From Gammaproteobacteria bacterium (GTDB lineage: Bacteria > Pseudomonadota > Gammaproteobacteria > CBDBNL01 > JAAOII01), in NCBI GenBank assembly GCA_965209035.1, contig OZ242372.1, positions 1,760,001 through 1,824,000 of the forward strand: a stretch of DNA of 64,000 bases, in the 5' to 3' direction. This document shows, piece by piece, positions 1 through 10,700 of the stretch (the first letter of the stretch is position 1; every line of letters begins with the position of its first letter). The position numbers were made by a program, and so were the translations under genes. The notes under the pieces are model-generated. The model had not been told where the DNA came from. It did not search any database and saw only the letters and a list, made by a program, of their open reading frames with translations.

Positions 1-351
1 CATCAGGACCATGACCGCATCTTCTGTTCCCTGTTCTTCTTTTATGTGGTAAGCGGCCAGCCCGGCAGTCGGTGCCGTATTTTTTCCTTCCGGCTCCAAA
101 ATGATGCGGCAGCCTGCTATCCCCGCTGCGCGCAGCTGCCTTTCTATGATGAATCTATGGGCTTCGCCGGCTACAATTAAGGGAGACGATACTTCTTTCA
201 TCCCGTTCAAACGGCGACAGGTGATCTGCAGTAAACTCCCTTCTTGCGGTGTCAAAGACAAAAAGGGCTTGGGATAATCGCGCCGTGAAACCGGCCAAAG
301 CCGCGTCCCGGAACCGCCGGCCATGATGACCGGGATGATGTTCATTGACAT
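1..351 (-). CDS. manC: Mannose-1-phosphate guanylyltransferase (N-terminal part, runs off the window edge)
   Basis: Reverse strand from ATG 351 (or 345) reads MSMNIIPVIMAGGSGTRLWPVSRRDYPKPF, the nucleotidyltransferase GGxGTRLWP signature. Not in the ORF track because it is truncated. Confidence 0.85.
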   Translation of the reverse strand, partial: MSMNIIPVIMAGGSGTRLWPVSRRDYPKPFLSLTPQEGSLLQITCRRLNGMKEVSSPLIVAGEAHRFIIERQLRAAGIAGCRIILEPEGKNTAPTAGLAAYHIKEEQGTEDAVMVLM

Positions 352-467
352 TAGAAATTAAAAAATTAAAAAACGAAATACTAAAAAAGTTGTTAAGTTA
401 TTTTATAGGTTTGGACGGTCCTTTTACAAAAGTGTAACCACTTGATTGTTATTATCATGATTCTTTA

Positions 468-2912
468 TTAAAGAAGCGTCCGTTTTCCGGTGCTATCCAT
501 TTCACTGACGACTCCGTTTTCTTCCATTAAATCTATAATACGCGCCGCACGGTTGTATCCAATCTTAAACCGCCGCTGCACCGAAGAAATAGACACGCGA
601 TTATTTTCCCGGACGAATGCCAATGCGTCCGCATAAAGTTCGTCCTCTTCCGTCTTTTCGCCGCCGCCCGCCGCGGGTGCCGGCGTTGTCAAGACATCTT
701 CCCGATATTCCGCCATCCCCTGTTTTTTCCAATGTTCGACAATCGCCCGAACTTCCGTTTCTTCCACGAATTCTCCGTGAACACGCTGCGGGACGGAGGT
801 GTCGGATGATATATAGAGCATATCTCCCTTGCCCAGCAATTGCTCGGCGCCGTTTTGGTCCAGCACCGTGCGCGAGTCCACGCGTGCCGAAACCTTAAAG
901 GATATGCGCGACGGGATATTGGCTTTGATGAGGCCCGTAATGACATCCACGGACGGGCGTTGCGTGGCAAGAATTAGATGAATCCCCGCCGCCCGAGCTT
1001 TTTGCGCCAAGCGGACAATTTCTTTTTCAATTTTTTTGTTGGTCATGATCATATCCGCATACTCGTCAATGATAACCACCACATAAGGCATGACTTCATA
1101 TGCCGCATTTTCCGCTTCCGCCAAACGGTTATAACCGCCAATGCTGCGCGCACCGCACTGTGCCATCATTTTGTAACGCTCGTCCATTTCCTTGACGCAC
1201 CAATTAATTGCCTTGGTCGCGTCTTTCATATCGGTGATCACCGGCACCAACAAATGCGGAATGCCGTTATAGGCCGCCAACTCAAGCATCTTCGGGTCCA
1301 CCAAGATTAGACGCAATTTTTGCGGCGAATACCGATACAAGAGGCTCAACAGCATTGCATTAATGCCGACGGACTTGCCCGAGCCGGTTGTCCCGGCTAC
1401 GAGAAGGTGTGGCATCTCCGCCAAACTTGCAATTACCGGTTTGCCTTCCGTATCCGTTCCCAATGCTACGGGCAGGGGAGAGGCGAACTCGGTGAATGTG
1501 CGGGATGTCAATACCTCGCGCAGCGAGACAGGCCGCCGTTTGGCATTGGGGATCTCCACGCCAATGGAAGACTTGCCGCGCATCACCTCCAATACGCGAA
1601 TGTTATCCACTGCCAGCGAACGCGCCAGGTCGGTCGCCAGATTGGAGATGCGGGATGCCTTAACGCCGGCGGCCGGTTCCAATTCAAAGAGAGTGACAAC
1701 CGGACCTGTGCTGTATCCCGTCGGTTGCACGGTAATACCGAAATCACCGAGTTTTTCTACTAACCGTTGCTGCAATTTTTCCAAATGTTCGTGATTTTCC
1801 GCTTTGTTCGTTTCCTCGCTTGTGCCGGGTGATGCCAGACAATCCGCCGAAGGTAAAGAACCTGTCCCCGCTTCATCGCGATTGGCTTGCGAATCGGTAT
1901 GGCCGGTATTTGGGGGGGTACTCTTTGGCGAGATCCTGGGAGCATCCGGCGGGCTTTGCGTGCCCAGTTTTTGCATGATTGACCGAGAGCTGGCCGACAC
2001 GACCGGCGGCTCGGCTGCGGTTGCCGACCGCTCGCCGGGAGCTCCCGGTTGTTGTGTTGTGTTGTGTTGTGTACCGATGTCTCCCGTCTCTTTTGGTGGC
2101 AGGGGGATTGACGGTTCTTTTTTCTCTCCGCGCGCAGGACCCGCCGCGGGGCTTTGGCCGGGCATGAATGTAAAACGCGGTTCCACCCGTTTGAAACGCC
2201 CCCGGTGACTCGGCGGCTGCTTTTCTTTTTCTCTAAAAAACCAACGCCTTTTCTTTTTCTCCGGTCCCATGTCCGCGGCGATGTCCGCAGTCTGTTTGCT
2301 TTTTGGCGGGGAAGGTCTTGCCACGGGGAATGGAGCGAACAGAGAAAACTTCAATTTTTTGGCAATACGCAGGCAGAATTCGCCGATCTGTTCCAAAGTG
2401 TGTAACCAGGATAACTCTGCGAGTAGCCCCAAAGAAATCACAACCAGAGAAAACAAAAGAAAAACAGAGCCGAACCCTCCAAAAATATTGATCATATTGA
2501 AGGCAAGGATTCTTCCAATTTCGCCGCCTGCGGTTGCCGACAGGTTTGTTTGTTCGCCCATTTGAATACTAAAAAGAGTGGCTGAACTGAGCAGCAGGAG
2601 AAGAGTGCTCAGATGACGGATGGTGCGTTCATAACTGCTGAACTTCTCTTGCCGCTGCCGAAAAAACAGCAGGTAGCCCCATCGTGCAATTAATGCGATC
2701 AGAATAAAAGAAGCATACCCCAGGAAACGATAAAAGAATTCCGCCCCTGTTTTACCGAGGTTTCCCGTCAAATTTTGTGTATTTTGCGTTACAGCACCGG
2801 GCTCGTAACTCAGAAGCATTATTGTTAGGAAAATCGCAGCCGCCCAGACAGCAATGCCAGTCCCTTCGCGCAATGCTCGTGTCCGGCCGGTTGTTTTTTT
2901 TAGTTTCTGCAA
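468..2912 (-). CDS. ftsK: DNA translocase FtsK
   Basis: N-terminal TM segments, Pro-rich linker, PHLLVAGTTGSGKS Walker A, ATQRPSVDVITG, C-terminal gamma domain (IGYNRAARIID). Confidence 0.97.
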   Translation of the reverse strand: MQKLKKTTGRTRALREGTGIAVWAAAIFLTIMLLSYEPGAVTQNTQNLTGNLGKTGAEFFYRFLGYASFILIALIARWGYLLFFRQRQEKFSSYERTIRHLSTLLLLLSSATLFSIQMGEQTNLSATAGGEIGRILAFNMINIFGGFGSVFLLFSLVVISLGLLAELSWLHTLEQIGEFCLRIAKKLKFSLFAPFPVARPSPPKSKQTADIAADMGPEKKKRRWFFREKEKQPPSHRGRFKRVEPRFTFMPGQSPAAGPARGEKKEPSIPLPPKETGDIGTQHNTTQQPGAPGERSATAAEPPVVSASSRSIMQKLGTQSPPDAPRISPKSTPPNTGHTDSQANRDEAGTGSLPSADCLASPGTSEETNKAENHEHLEKLQQRLVEKLGDFGITVQPTGYSTGPVVTLFELEPAAGVKASRISNLATDLARSLAVDNIRVLEVMRGKSSIGVEIPNAKRRPVSLREVLTSRTFTEFASPLPVALGTDTEGKPVIASLAEMPHLLVAGTTGSGKSVGINAMLLSLLYRYSPQKLRLILVDPKMLELAAYNGIPHLLVPVITDMKDATKAINWCVKEMDERYKMMAQCGARSIGGYNRLAEAENAAYEVMPYVVVIIDEYADMIMTNKKIEKEIVRLAQKARAAGIHLILATQRPSVDVITGLIKANIPSRISFKVSARVDSRTVLDQNGAEQLLGKGDMLYISSDTSVPQRVHGEFVEETEVRAIVEHWKKQGMAEYREDVLTTPAPAAGGGEKTEEDELYADALAFVRENNRVSISSVQRRFKIGYNRAARIIDLMEENGVVSEMDSTGKRTLL

Positions 2913-3145
2913 ATGACTTTAACCTCTTTTTCATTATACTTACTATATGTGTATAGTATGTGCGTTTGGTATATGTGTGTTCGGCATTTGCCCGATGTGT
3001 GAGATCTGAACTTGCGGGTGTCGGGGACGAGTTGGACTTTGATGGAATCATTCTGTTGCCGCGAGAGTAAAATATGGAATGACCGATAATGACCCATACC
3101 TCAAAATGATTGTTTAGGAAAATTAAGAAAACTAATAAATACGGA

Positions 3146-4468
3146 ATGAAACGCGGCGGATTCTTCTTATATAAGGTATTGAGTGCCGTTCTGTTGCCCG
3201 TGATGCTACTAACGGATATTCGCCGCGGTGCCGGCCGACGCGAACTTGCCATGCGGTTTGGATTTTACGACAAGCGTTTCGGCGGCGACTATACGGTTTG
3301 GTTGCATGCCGCTTCCGTCGGCGAAGCCAATGCGGCCTTTACACTCATTGAAAATCTGTACCCCGCGACTTCTTCCGGGCGGCAAACAACAAGGATTCTG
3401 ATTACTTTTTACACGATTAGCGCTTATGTCCATGCACTTTCTCGGGCACCCAAGAATTGCGACCCGGTGATTCTGCCTTATGACCTCGCCGGCCCGCTGA
3501 AAAATTTTTTAAGGCAGTTCACTGCCTCCCGCCTGATCATTGTGGAAAATGATTTTTGGCCGCTTCTGCTGCGCCTTGCCGGGCGGTGCGGAATGCGTAT
3601 CGTTTCCGTGAGTTCTTCCTTGTCCGAATCCTCGTTGCGCCGCCGCCGCCGCTTCATCGCCTTTTTGTCTTATGCTTTTTGGGAGGATATGGATGCCATC
3701 TGTGTTCAAACTCCCCGGGACGCACGCCGATTTGTTCGTCTGGGCGCGGACCCGGCGCGAGTGTTTGTCTGCGGTAACATTAAGTTTGATGCCTGTCCTC
3801 CGGCGAACTGTTTGGCACAAGGGGAAATCCTTCGCCGTCAAATTAATAAGAAGCGGGCTGTCTGGATCGCCGCCAGTGTGCATCCCGGTGAACTTGAACC
3901 GGTCCTGCATGCCCAAAAAGATCTTTTGCAGAAAATGCCGAACAGTGTTCTGATTCTTGCTCCCCGGCACATACGCCATACGGCATCGTTTGGCAAAGAA
4001 ATCACCCGACATCATTTGTCTTATCGTTTGTTGAGTTGCCTAAAAAACCGGGAGAATACTTTCTTGCCGTCCGATGTTGAGGTTCTGTTGGCGGATACCA
4101 CAGGAGATCTGTTTGCTCTTTATGCCACGTCGGACTTGGCGTTTGTCGGCGGTAGTTTGGTTTCCAAAGGCGGCCATAACCCTATTGAGCCGGCACTTCT
4201 CGGCATTCCAATTCTAATGGGTGCGGATGTGCGTAAATCCGCCCGGGCCGCCAGGCTTCTGCTGGAACAGGGTGCCATGGTTCGCATCCGGCGTTCCGAT
4301 ATGCTCGCACCAACTTTAGTGCGTTTGATGACCTTGCCGACGGCGGAACTGCGTCGCCGAGGGCGTGCCTCTAAAAAAGCAGTCGGCAAACAAAGAGGTG
4401 TTTCTTCTCACATAATGGAAGTCTTACGGCGAACCGACGCACTAAAACCGGGAGTTGTTTCAAAGTAA
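3146..4468 (+). CDS. waaA: 3-deoxy-D-manno-octulosonic acid (Kdo) transferase
   Basis: WLHAASVGE, GNIKFD and FVGGSL...GGHNPIEPA motifs. The ORF track starts at 3110; ATG 3146 is more plausible. Confidence 0.92.
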   Translation: MKRGGFFLYKVLSAVLLPVMLLTDIRRGAGRRELAMRFGFYDKRFGGDYTVWLHAASVGEANAAFTLIENLYPATSSGRQTTRILITFYTISAYVHALSRAPKNCDPVILPYDLAGPLKNFLRQFTASRLIIVENDFWPLLLRLAGRCGMRIVSVSSSLSESSLRRRRRFIAFLSYAFWEDMDAICVQTPRDARRFVRLGADPARVFVCGNIKFDACPPANCLAQGEILRRQINKKRAVWIAASVHPGELEPVLHAQKDLLQKMPNSVLILAPRHIRHTASFGKEITRHHLSYRLLSCLKNRENTFLPSDVEVLLADTTGDLFALYATSDLAFVGGSLVSKGGHNPIEPALLGIPILMGADVRKSARAARLLLEQGAMVRIRRSDMLAPTLVRLMTLPTAELRRRGRASKKAVGKQRGVSSHIMEVLRRTDALKPGVVSK

Positions 4469-4651
4469 AAATACCGCAGACGGAACTCCGGGATACCGAA
4501 TGTTTACTCAAATGACACCCAAATAATGCAAAGTGATGAGGTTTCGTAAAAGTAGTCAAATTTTAGAAAAATCAAATTTATATGTATGATAATTGTGATA
4601 TGTCAATCTTTCTTTAATGTATAATTATATTTATGCCTAATCTTTATGAGA

Positions 4652-4679
4652 TTGCCCGTGTTTGTTTGTACGCGGGCAA
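4652..4679 (+). promoter_or_regulatory. Stem-loop in the AT-rich leader of the giant surface protein gene
   Basis: TTGCCCGTGT-N8-ACGCGGGCAA inverted repeat (one G-U pair). Function unknown. Confidence 0.3.
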
Positions 4680-4797
4680 GAATTTCATTGCTTTTTTCGT
4701 CTGATTGTTACGGAAAGATCTTTGGTATGTCTGTCTTTTATTGCGTTAAGAAGGGCGATTATTTATTATTAAAACCACAAATATAGGAGAAAATAAA

Positions 4798-7700
4798 ATG
4801 TATCATATACATCTCATCATTAGTAACTTGATTAAGAATTACATTAATCGGGTTCATTCAATTGGAAGTTCGGTTGTAAATGCAATTGCAAATACAATTA
4901 GAAGTTCAACCGCTATTAAAGAAAACATTAAAGGAAACATTAAAAGAAACTGGGGGAAAGAAGCATCGGCTTTCGCCCGATGGCGAATAACACAGGTCCT
5001 GCCGGGTTCCTTGAATCTGCGTGCCTTTGGACTTGTGTCTGTTCTTTGCTTAACATCGTTTCTCACGGCATGTGCGGTTTCCTCCGGATCCGATGCCCCC
5101 GGATCCGCTGCCCCCGATCCCGACCCAAGGGTTTCTCGCTCCGTATTTTCGCACGCGAGTTACAACTTTGTCGGGCAGGGGTCTAGTCTGTCGGCGGGAC
5201 AAGTTTTGGGTTCTGTGCAAGTGGATATGGTTACCTTGCTTGCTCGTCTTCCCGAAGATTTAAATGCTTCAAGTATACAAATTGAGTACCAACTGGAAGG
5301 CAGCGAACTCGCCAATGCGTTTTTTGGGGTGGATTCTACTGGCAAGGTCCTTTTCAAAGATGAAGATGAAAATAGTTATGGTCGCGAATTCCAATTGCAC
5401 TATGTGGTTAATGTGCTAAATGTTTCCGAGTTTAAAGTGGTGGCAAGGTTCTCCTATACGAATGCCACCGGCGAACTCGGTGAAGGTGAAGATGAAGATG
5501 CGGAATACAGAGTTAATGTCAAGATTGCGGCGGTTGAGCGCGAGCCACAAATCACCGATTTTGTCCGGTTTGATGGCAAGACTGACGAAACTGTACAAAA
5601 TCAAACTAAAACATACGGGCTGAGTGGCACAATTCCTGAAAACAGTGATCCCGGGACGCTTGTAAGCGGTACGGGTAATTTACTGACAGGCCTGGGAATT
5701 AGCACGGTGATTCCGGATGATGCGGAAGAGCAGGGATACCCCGGCGGATTCACGCCAACAATTTACTATCAACTGGCATCCGCTCCCGGCGATACCTCTT
5801 GCAGGGGCCGCTATTATGTGGACAATCAGGATAATCGCACTCGGGTGCGTTCGGAAATAGATGAGGATGACGCCTTGAATTACGAGGCGGAAGGACGCAA
5901 CAACACAAACACATGTGCTTTGCAAGCCTCACTGAATGGTGTTGCTTACAAGAATGTAGTAACCGGGAACCTGTCAGCCGAAGATTTGGAAAATGTGGAG
6001 GAGCTTGTTGGTGCTGCGAGTTTCGGTGTTGATGCGTCTTGCACGAACAATGCTACGGCGGCAAAAGACTTGGAAACCTGTAATTATTATGCCGCTGTCA
6101 ATATTGATTTAATCGATGTTAACGAAGCGCCTGAGTTGGCATTGACGGACAATAATAATGACGAAGCGAATAATGGCATAACGCCCGAAGGGGATGTGGG
6201 AACTGCGGTTGCTCTTGGCGGGGAGGTGATTTCCGCGGAAGGTCCCGCCAATGTTACGGCGGCTGATGTGGCCTTGGCGACAGTAACCTATACGGATGTG
6301 GATGCTGCGGATAATCCGGCGAGATTGGGCATGCCCAAGCTTTCGGTCAGCCCGCTGTTGCCCGATGCGGATGCGGCGAACAATCTGTTTTACTTGAAGC
6401 CGGGTTCCGGTGACGGTGAGGCGACATTAATGCTCAATAGTACCGTATTATCGGCAGTAGATTTTGAGACACTCAATAAAAGCGGTTACAGTGGCTATAG
6501 AGTGACTTTGGAGGTTGCGGATAATCGTTCGGCTGATCTGACGGCCGAGGCTTCTTTTATGCTTGAAGTGACGGATGTGATTTATAAGCCGGTGCTGTTT
6601 AAGTACCGGAGTGCTCGTGTTAACACGACGAGCGGCATCCAGAATCTCTTGCCGGGCTTCGCCCAGTTCATTGACAATGGAGGTCCGATTCTTGGCACAG
6701 TCGATGCGATAGATCCCGAGAGCAACAGCAGTGATGGGATAGTGTACAATCCGGTGACAGCGATTGGTTTGCATCTGGATGCTTCGGGATCTCTTGGTCA
6801 GCCTGCTCTTATAGAGGGAGTCGTCAGGCAGATTGCGCCGAATTTTGTTTTGAGCGAGGGTCGCTTGAGTCTGCTGGGTTTGGGCTTGCGTCCGTTGCCG
6901 GATTATGCCTCGGCGTTGCCGGCGGTTACTTTACCGGGCAATCTGGCTTATGATTTTACAATTACCTTGAATGCTTACAACCCGGCGGCTGAACAGAATG
7001 CGACAAATGGGGCAACCTTGGCAATCAGTACAAAGGTATCTTATGATGCCGACTCGGTGCTGGGTTTTGGCGGTGAGCCGGCGGTTCGTTTCCCGAGCGG
7101 TCTGTACGCGGGTGCTGTTCCCGAAGGAATACCCGGTACAGGAAATCCTGCACCGCTGGGTGTTTCGGTGTTGGATGCTCGCCAACTTGCTTCGGGAACA
7201 CAAACAAATTTGACGTTGGGTGCCCCGAACTTTTACAGTCTGGTGCAACAAGCGGATTTGCTTCCTCTGATAGGGCCTTTGCCGCCGGAAATACAACAGG
7301 TTCTTGGCGGATTATTTTTGAGCGACAATCCGAGTATTGATTTGTCCGGGACGGGCAACTTCGACATTGACAGTTCAACCGGTCAGGTTTACTTGGCAGC
7401 CAACGCGTCGTTGAATTTTGGTCTTCGTCCTTTGCACACCTTGTTAGTGCGGACAGCCGCGAATGCAAGTGTTGGTCTGGAATCCAGCGACTATACGGTC
7501 GTTTTGGTGACGGTGCTGGATACCAATACGGCACCCGAAATCATCGACTTGGTGCCTGTGCATGCCGATGTCACGGTCAATGCGAGTGATATGTCCGTGT
7601 CGGCGAATATTTTCGAATCTGTGCCGCCCGGAACAGTGTTGGCACGGTTCACTTTGACAGACGACAATCCGTTTTTTCCTCCCTTAACCTCAAACTTGAA

Positions 7701-10700
7701 CTTTAGATTGAACGGAGAGGGTGCTCCGAGCTTTATAGTGCATCCGACGGGAGCTCCGGTGCGGGATGAGACAACCGGGACATTCGGTACTCCCTATCAG
7801 GTGGTGTTAGCACCGCCGGGGGTGGATTATGAAAGTACCACAGACTTGCGGCAAACATACAATTTTACCGATGACGGTCAATATGTATTCGATCCGTCTA
7901 TAAGTTTTATCCCTATGCCGCTTATGAATGCTTCGCTCAGAGCTCTTACCGGCAGAAATGTTGCGTTGGAAATCAATGCCGAAATCCAAAATGTGAATGA
8001 GCCGATTGAGTTGAGGGTAACCGATTCTTCTGCTACACCGGCACTGTCCGTCGAATCTCTGTCGGAAGTATCCGTTGCCGAGGACGAGGCCGAAGGAACT
8101 GCCGTAGCCTATGTGCATCTCATTGATCCGGAAGGTGAGGTGAATGCAACCAATGTCCCGACTGACGACTTGATGTTGCCCGATGCGTTGCAAGGGGCAT
8201 TAAGATTAAGATTAGTCTTTGAGGATTCCGGTCCCTATTACCAATTGGAAGTTGCGGACGCGGCGATTCTGGAAAATGCCGGCGATGGTCGCACCTTTGG
8301 ACTCACTGTGACAGTGACTGAAAATGCGACCGGCTTGGTGCCGGATCCGGTTTCGGTTTCCTTTGATTTGCAGATTACCAATGAAAATCAGAATATTACG
8401 GGTGTCATCTTGGACAGAGTATCTGTCAGCGAACAACAGGCATTAAATCTTGATGGCAAAAATGCGGAGATGCGGACCTTGGTTGCCGGCTTATTTAATT
8501 TGACAGACATTCATCCGGACTATGATGAGACCTTTCCGGGAACGAGTATTCGCCTTGTGGATTTGAGTGCCGCAGTTCGGAGCATAAACTATACAACTGA
8601 TGTTGCCGATGCTTTGGAGCAAGAAGAAAACTTCGGATTGTTTGAATTGTCGGTGGCAGATGATGATGCCGGCACTGTGAGTTTGTTGCTCAAAGAAGGC
8701 AAGTTGATAGACCGCGCTTTGATTGGAAACTCTTTGACCTTGAACTTGGAAGCGTTTGATCCCAATGGCGAATTGGCGGCGGGTATTTTATCGACAGTAG
8801 TCGACAGGCTGCCGGTGACAGTTGATCCGACAGACCCGGATGAGATCATTTTTGGAGATGCTCGCAATACCGATCCTCGCACACCGGCAGTCTATACTTT
8901 TGAATATACGCAGAGCAATTATGCTGAGGTGGTTGCCGGTGTAACCTCTTGCGATGGCAGAGACGCGGTCGCTGCGAATCTGACTGAGAACATTGCCATT
9001 GACGGCAATTGCTATCCGACGATTGAGATAGAAGCATCGGGCGAAGATCGCCGATATGTGGTTGAACGCGACAGGAGCAACCAGAGTTACTATGAAGGGA
9101 GTGATGATCTGGCTGCGGTGTTGCGTGCGGATGAGACCCCCGGCAGTTTTGGCGTGATCTTGACGGATGCCGATGTGAATGTATCCAATCTGGGCGTGTA
9201 TCAATTGAATGCCACCGGGGTTTTGGAAGATGCGGCGGACGCCTTCGGCAAGTACTTTACACTGGTAGCGAACAACAGTTATGCGGTGAATGCTAGTGGC
9301 AGTGATGCCCGTCCGGCCCTGGTGATTTCGCAGAATGTTCTTGCGGAATTGAATAGTTCGGCATTACCAAGTGGTGATGAATATCTGTCCCTGGACACCT
9401 TGGATTTGAATATGGAAAACCAAATGCGGACTTTGAGTTACTTTGTGGTTGCCGGCGCGGAAGGCACTGACGGCAATAACGCCAGTCGCCGTGCGATTGC
9501 CCAAATTAATTTTGAGGTGAACGAACCGGCCAACGCCAGGCCTCGTATAATTGAGCTCAACGTGACGGCGGCGGGTCTGAACGAACCGGCATTTTCGCCG
9601 GTATCCGCTGGCACGGCATCTCGCACTTACACTGTGGATCTTCGAAATGTTGACATAGCACCGCCTGATAGAGGCTGTGACTCATCTTCTACACCCGCAG
9701 AGTTCGCGAGTTACACACCCATTTGTACCGAGGACAACTTTACTTATGTGCGTGAGAACCCGTCTGATAATTATGTGTTGACTGATAACATCGTATTGAC
9801 CGGAGATTGGACGCCTATTGGCGATGGCGATGTGCCGTTTACCGGTAACTTCCACGGTAATAACTTTGAGATTTCCGGTTTGCAAGTGTCCGAGCAAGAA
9901 TATGCGGGCTTGTTTGGCTATATTAATGGCAGTGAGAGTGACCGCGTGGAAATCAGTAATCTGAGGATTGTGGCACATAGTATTGTTGCCGATAATTTGG
10001 GAAGCGCTTATGCGGGCGTTCTTGCGGGGAGGAGTGATAACAGCAACATTAATTTTGTTTCTGTGAATCTTTCGCATGCGGAAGGGATGCCAGACCAGTT
10101 GTTATTGAATGCGAGTGCTATTTTTACCGGCACAGCCGATGCATTTGCCGGCGGTCTCATTGGTTCCACTGCAAACAGCAATATTAGTCAATCTTATGCC
10201 TATGTTGCGGGCAACTTGATTGCGTCTTCTCAGGGGGCTACTAGCGGGGAGATCGATGTTAGGGCAGGCGGTCTGGTTGGCTTGTTAACCGGGGGTTCTG
10301 TTGATCATTCTTATGTGGTTGTGGAAGGCAATATTTTAGTCGAACAGATTAGAACAACAGGCGACGATAAAATTTTCGGGTTTGTTGGTGGCTTGATAGG
10401 GCAAGCCGCCGGAGGCATGGTAAGTACTTCTTATGCGCTTGTGAGTGGCAGGGTTAGTGCTCGGGATGTAACAGGGGCAACCGATCAGAGATATGTTCTG
10501 TCATCCGGTGGTTTGATGGGGAGACTGACTGACTCAGGAAGCGGTGTTATTAATTCTTATGCAATTGTTGAAGATGGTGTTTATCTCAGTATAAATGACA
10601 ACGCGAGGGCCAGGGGCGACGCCGGTGGTTTGGTGGCAGTTGCTGATGTGGGAACAAATATTATGAATAGTTATGCGTTTGTTCCGACTATTTCCGGTGC

